64,000 nt of DNA from the human T2T-CHM13v2.0 reference genome, Homo sapiens, in the NCBI RefSeq assembly GCF_009914755.1, contig NC_060925.1; one strand, written 5' to 3'. Below, piece after piece: positions 59,196 to 64,000 of the stretch; within the stretch, counting starts at the first letter, position 1, and each line of letters opens with the position of its first letter. The notes beneath the pieces were generated by a model. That model saw only the letters and a program-made list of their open reading frames with translations, did no database searches and was not told where the DNA came from. The translations under genes and the position numbers were made by a program.

Positions 59196-62100
59196 ACCAA
59201 ATATGGTTTTCAAGCAGAGGTATGATAACCTAGAATAGGGAGAGCTAGGGGTAGAAAAACTACAAGGAAGCTGTTTAGAGTTAATAGGAGAGAAATGATG
59301 AGGTACTTATCAAGGCAATGGAGACCAGCTGACACCTAAGTGCTGAAGAGGCGCTAAACTTGGCTCTTTTCATGCATGATTTCACTGAGTGCTCAAAACA
59401 ACCACTTGAGAAAGTTTTATCTCCTGATTTTATAGATGGGGAAACAGACCTGGAGAGGTTAGATAACTTGCTCCAGAGCCACACACTTAACAAGTAGAAG
59501 TGCCGGAGGGTTTTAACCCAGGCCAGCTGATTCCAGACCCTGAGTATCCATGATACTAAACAACTAGGTCATGATGGACAGGAAGGTTCCAACCAGAGAT
59601 ATTTAGGGGTTTAATTGTTAGGCTTTCGTTGTGGCTGGGATGTTGCTTCCTTGAAATAGCACTGCCATGATTTTCTTCTTCCCCTAATGAACCTTTCTTT
59701 CTTTCATTGGCTCCTCTTAATTACAAGTTGGTTTCTGCTCTTTCTTTTCAAAATACTTACTAACTTTTTTGGAGGTGGTTTTCTCTAGTAGCTTCCTCTA
59801 TCAATGATTTTGTTGATTTGACCCAAATCTCTTATTTCTAATCTCAGTGTCTTAATCACACTCCTGAAGATCATTTTGACTTGTCTGTACTAACAGCACC
59901 TGAAATCTATATCTAAAATTAAACTCGTATTTTACTTCAGTTTCTCTTGATGCTTTCTATTAACAGCAAAACGAACCAGATTTCTGGGCTTTAGAAGAAT
60001 ATTTGACTGTAATATTCCTTCACTTTTCACACCCTATCAGGCAACCAACCAGTCCAGTCAATTTTTTAGCATTGCCTTCAACTCATCTCCTCCCTTTCAT
60101 AACATTTGCTGCCACTCTGCTATTAGCTCTCAGTAGTTAATCCCTGAATTACTGCGTTTGTTTCCTATCTGGTCCCCTGGCATTTAATCTCCCTTCTATA
60201 CTCCACCCTGCTTATTACTTTCAAGGAAAAGTCTTGCTCCAACATGGATTTCATAATTTACTTGCCTTATTCGAGAACTACTGATGGCTGTCTATTACCC
60301 AACAAATCAAGATCAAGATTACGGAATCAACTTTAAACCGTTCTCTGCCTAAATTTGAGGACCCTGCACTGCCCAGTTTCACTTATCAATTCCAACTCCT
60401 GTGAATATGAAGTCTCCATTCTAGTCAATTGTTCTATAATTTCTTCCCCCAACATCCTCTGTGTGTACATATGTGCACGCCATGCTCTCTCCCATCTGAG
60501 CAATTACTATTACTCTTCCCTTGGCCTACAGTGCCCCCTTATTTTTTTTTTCCAGACCTGTATCCCAAATGACTCTTTCCCTGACGACTGAAAAAAAATT
60601 ACATCTCCCTCCTCCGACTTCTTTGCTTATTGCCACTGCCAGAGGAGAGAAGTATCTGTTCTTGTATTCTCCAAATGTCTCCGTTAAACCATATAACACT
60701 TTATCGCGTTAATATATAAAGCTGTTCAATTCACTAGTCCAGGTATATATCTTATTTTTTCCAACAGGATAACAAACTCTAATGTTCAGTTTAAAATTAT
60801 GTCTTCTACTTTTTTGTATTCATGACGTCAATGATAATACTCAGTAAATTCCCATCATTGGTTGAAACTATAAACACATGTATTTTTATGCTGCATGTAT
60901 CCCTGTAAGCTTACTTTATCTGAATAATAGTAAAATATAGTTACAGTTCTCTTTTTTTAAGGGGCTGTTTCCTTTATAGAATTGAAAATTCAGATACTCC
61001 CAAATGTGTAAGACATTTTGCTTTGTATATTCAAACCACACTAAAGTTATACCTTTTAGGGTAATATTTTTAATTATTATGGAGGAAAAAACAGAAAGCC
61101 CCTGAAGGCTAACAGTTTGAAATTGAACAGGACACCCTGGGAAGGGAAAAGGTCATGGGTCGTGGTCAAACAGACAAAAAACAATGGAGACGATTGTGCC
61201 TGAAGATGGTGTATTTTTTTTCACGAGACAGTGTGTTGACAGTTTCCTTCCTCTTGAGTCATTGTTGTCTGCTAAATGATCTGTGACAGCAAATTGATCA
61301 CAAGCTTTTTCATGCAGGAGATATAATGCAGCCTTTCATTTTGTTACCTCTGTTGCCAAATGCTGAGACATTTCATTGGCAAATTCATGTTAGTTTAGTA
61401 TATCATTTAGTCATCTACAGCACAGCATGCGGCTCTGGAAGCAATAATAGTAATGATTAATTTATCTTCCTCAAGTTTCAAATTTCTACTTAAGTGTGAT
61501 TGTAAAAGTAACAACACTTTCGAAAAATGTTAGTCTTAGGTGTGCATAATTGTTATTTAAATAAATGAATGAATTAACACATTTAGATAATGCCTCATTA
61601 ATTTAAAAGTTGAGTCAAATACTTAATTTAAGGTACCTATGATTTACCTTTAAAAACTAATGCTAATATACTTGTTCTGACTGAAAACTTGCTTCTTCTT
61701 CTAAAGAGCTAAGAACTTCAATTGGAAAACAGGCATAAGGCATATTGCACTGGATGTCTAAGCAGCTGTTTAAGCCAGTTAATTAGTGATTTCACATGTC
61801 TGAAAAAATATGCTTAAGTAATGTTTTGTTTATAGAGTGTTGAGAATCTCTGCAAGTTTGTGGAAAAATGCCTGGAAATGCAGTTATTTAAGGGACTGCT
61901 TTATAGTTTTCATTTAACACCTTATAACAATCTTTGCTCTCCATTAGGACATACTAATATTAGCACAGGGAGGGGAAAGTAGCAGCCAGGAGTATTAGAA
62001 AAGAGCTGTTTTTCCCCTCTTTGAAAATAGCCAGATTCTCTGTAAAAACTAAACTAATCTCAATTCTAATACTTGTATTCTGTCCCCATTATAAGAAATA

Positions 62101-62506
62101 AGGGTTTTTTACTAGAATTTGGCATTGAAGTTCAAGAAAAATGTTTATTGTTTCTTATAGAATGAGAAATTGACAGGTATAACGCTTTGCTTAGAGTTCT
62201 TTTTTAATGTTAGTCATGAAAGGCAGATGTCTTAAACCTGTATTTTTCTTTTTATAATATACATGTGGGTCCATATTTACATTTATCATTGAAAAATGAT
62301 TTGAACATTTTCTTTTTCGTTATTTGTATTCATTATTAGTGGAATCAGTATATTGGATACAATTGTTAAAAATGCATGTTACAATTTGCAAGTCAGTTTA
62401 ATATCTTGTGACAAGATATTATGTGAACAGTCCATATAGCAGTACAATAATTTTAAAAAGAAAATTTACAAACTGCCCATCGTCTGATTTTTATTTATAT
62501 TTTCAG

Positions 62507-62595
62507 ACCAATTAAAACAACCTCATTTAGTGATTACTACCAGACATGGTCCAGAATAGCTACATCAAAAGCCACAGAATACTACAGAACTCCAT
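62507..62595 (+). CDS. UBE2U: UBE2U exon 7 (PIKTTSFSDYYQTWSRIATSKATEYYRTP); the gene continues beyond the window
   Basis: tttcAG acceptor, GTAAGG donor; phase compatible with exon 6. Confidence 0.9.
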
Positions 62596-62789
62596 GTAAG
62601 GTGAACTATCCTTATCCTATGTCCTTTTGGTATATGTTAATCTGTTAACATTTATCTTGGTTTCAAAGACTAATTGACACACATCTGCTATGTAAGAGTG
62701 ATAAACTTCTCTGTAGGCTCTATATACTATTCATTCAACAACTATTACTTTAGTTCTTTTTTTCAAAAAAAAATAATTTTAACTTTTTG

Positions 62790-63345
<556 letters not shown>

Positions 63346-64000
63346 AAGAAGAATACAAAGTTCTTTTGTATAGAGCCCTGGACTGAAGTCTGATTAAAAG
63401 CCAGAAAGAAAGATAGTCAATTGGAGGAATAACAGAAAAGTTCCCAATCTTATGAGGTTTACTTTACTTCCTTTACCCCAGAGAAAAGCTTTCACACCAG
63501 AGAGAACCTTTTTATTTCTCCTCTAAGCCACAAGAAATATTAGGTAGAAATTCAACAAGAAAACATAAGAACATAGGGCTGTTCAATTATATCAATCTAA
63601 AAGGAAAAATCATCTGTTACCATCATACATCAGGAGCTAAAAAGACAGATTGAGAGAGCTGGACAACTTTCCGGTTCCATTTAACTGGATCTTTAGAGTA
63701 CTATTTCATTATCTGGATGAAAGTAGGTTGTCCAGTCTGCATACACTTACTGAAATACGACTTTGCTTCAGCCATCCTTCTAAAATGGTGCATTCTGCAG
63801 TAGCAGAGACTTCTGAATTCCCAGATGCAGTGATTACGTTTTAGTCCTCTTCTTACTTGCACTCTCATTAGCTGTGCTCTCCTTGATTTACATGATACCA
63901 TACATCCATGGCTTTTCATCTCCCTTCCTAAGCACACTGCTGCCTCTTCCCTTGGCAATATCTTCTTCATTCAGTCCTCTCTACTTACTCTCTCTGAAAG

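Overview
Hominid, almost certainly human, genomic DNA from the ROR1-UBE2U interval (1p31.3 from recall). It holds the last coding exon and 3'UTR of ROR1 (7151-~11220, +) and the promoter plus first seven coding exons of the ubiquitin-conjugating enzyme UBE2U (34014-62595, +). Mobile elements include a two-LTR HERV-S (HERV18/LTR18) provirus with tRNA-Ser PBS and 5-bp TSD (16326-22481), a full-length SVA just upstream of UBE2U (30119-32261), a THE1 MaLR, DNA-transposon fossils, many Alus and old LINE fragments. The most interesting signal is a ~0.85-kb non-repetitive stretch in UBE2U intron 5 (~45460-46300, minus strand). Read across frameshifts, it matches, in order and with near-correct spacing, the methyltransferase and C-terminal domain of a paramyxovirus-like (Mononegavirales) L polymerase. 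It is a candidate non-retroviral endogenous viral element. That match was made by eye against remembered measles/Sendai L sequences and needs a profile search to confirm.
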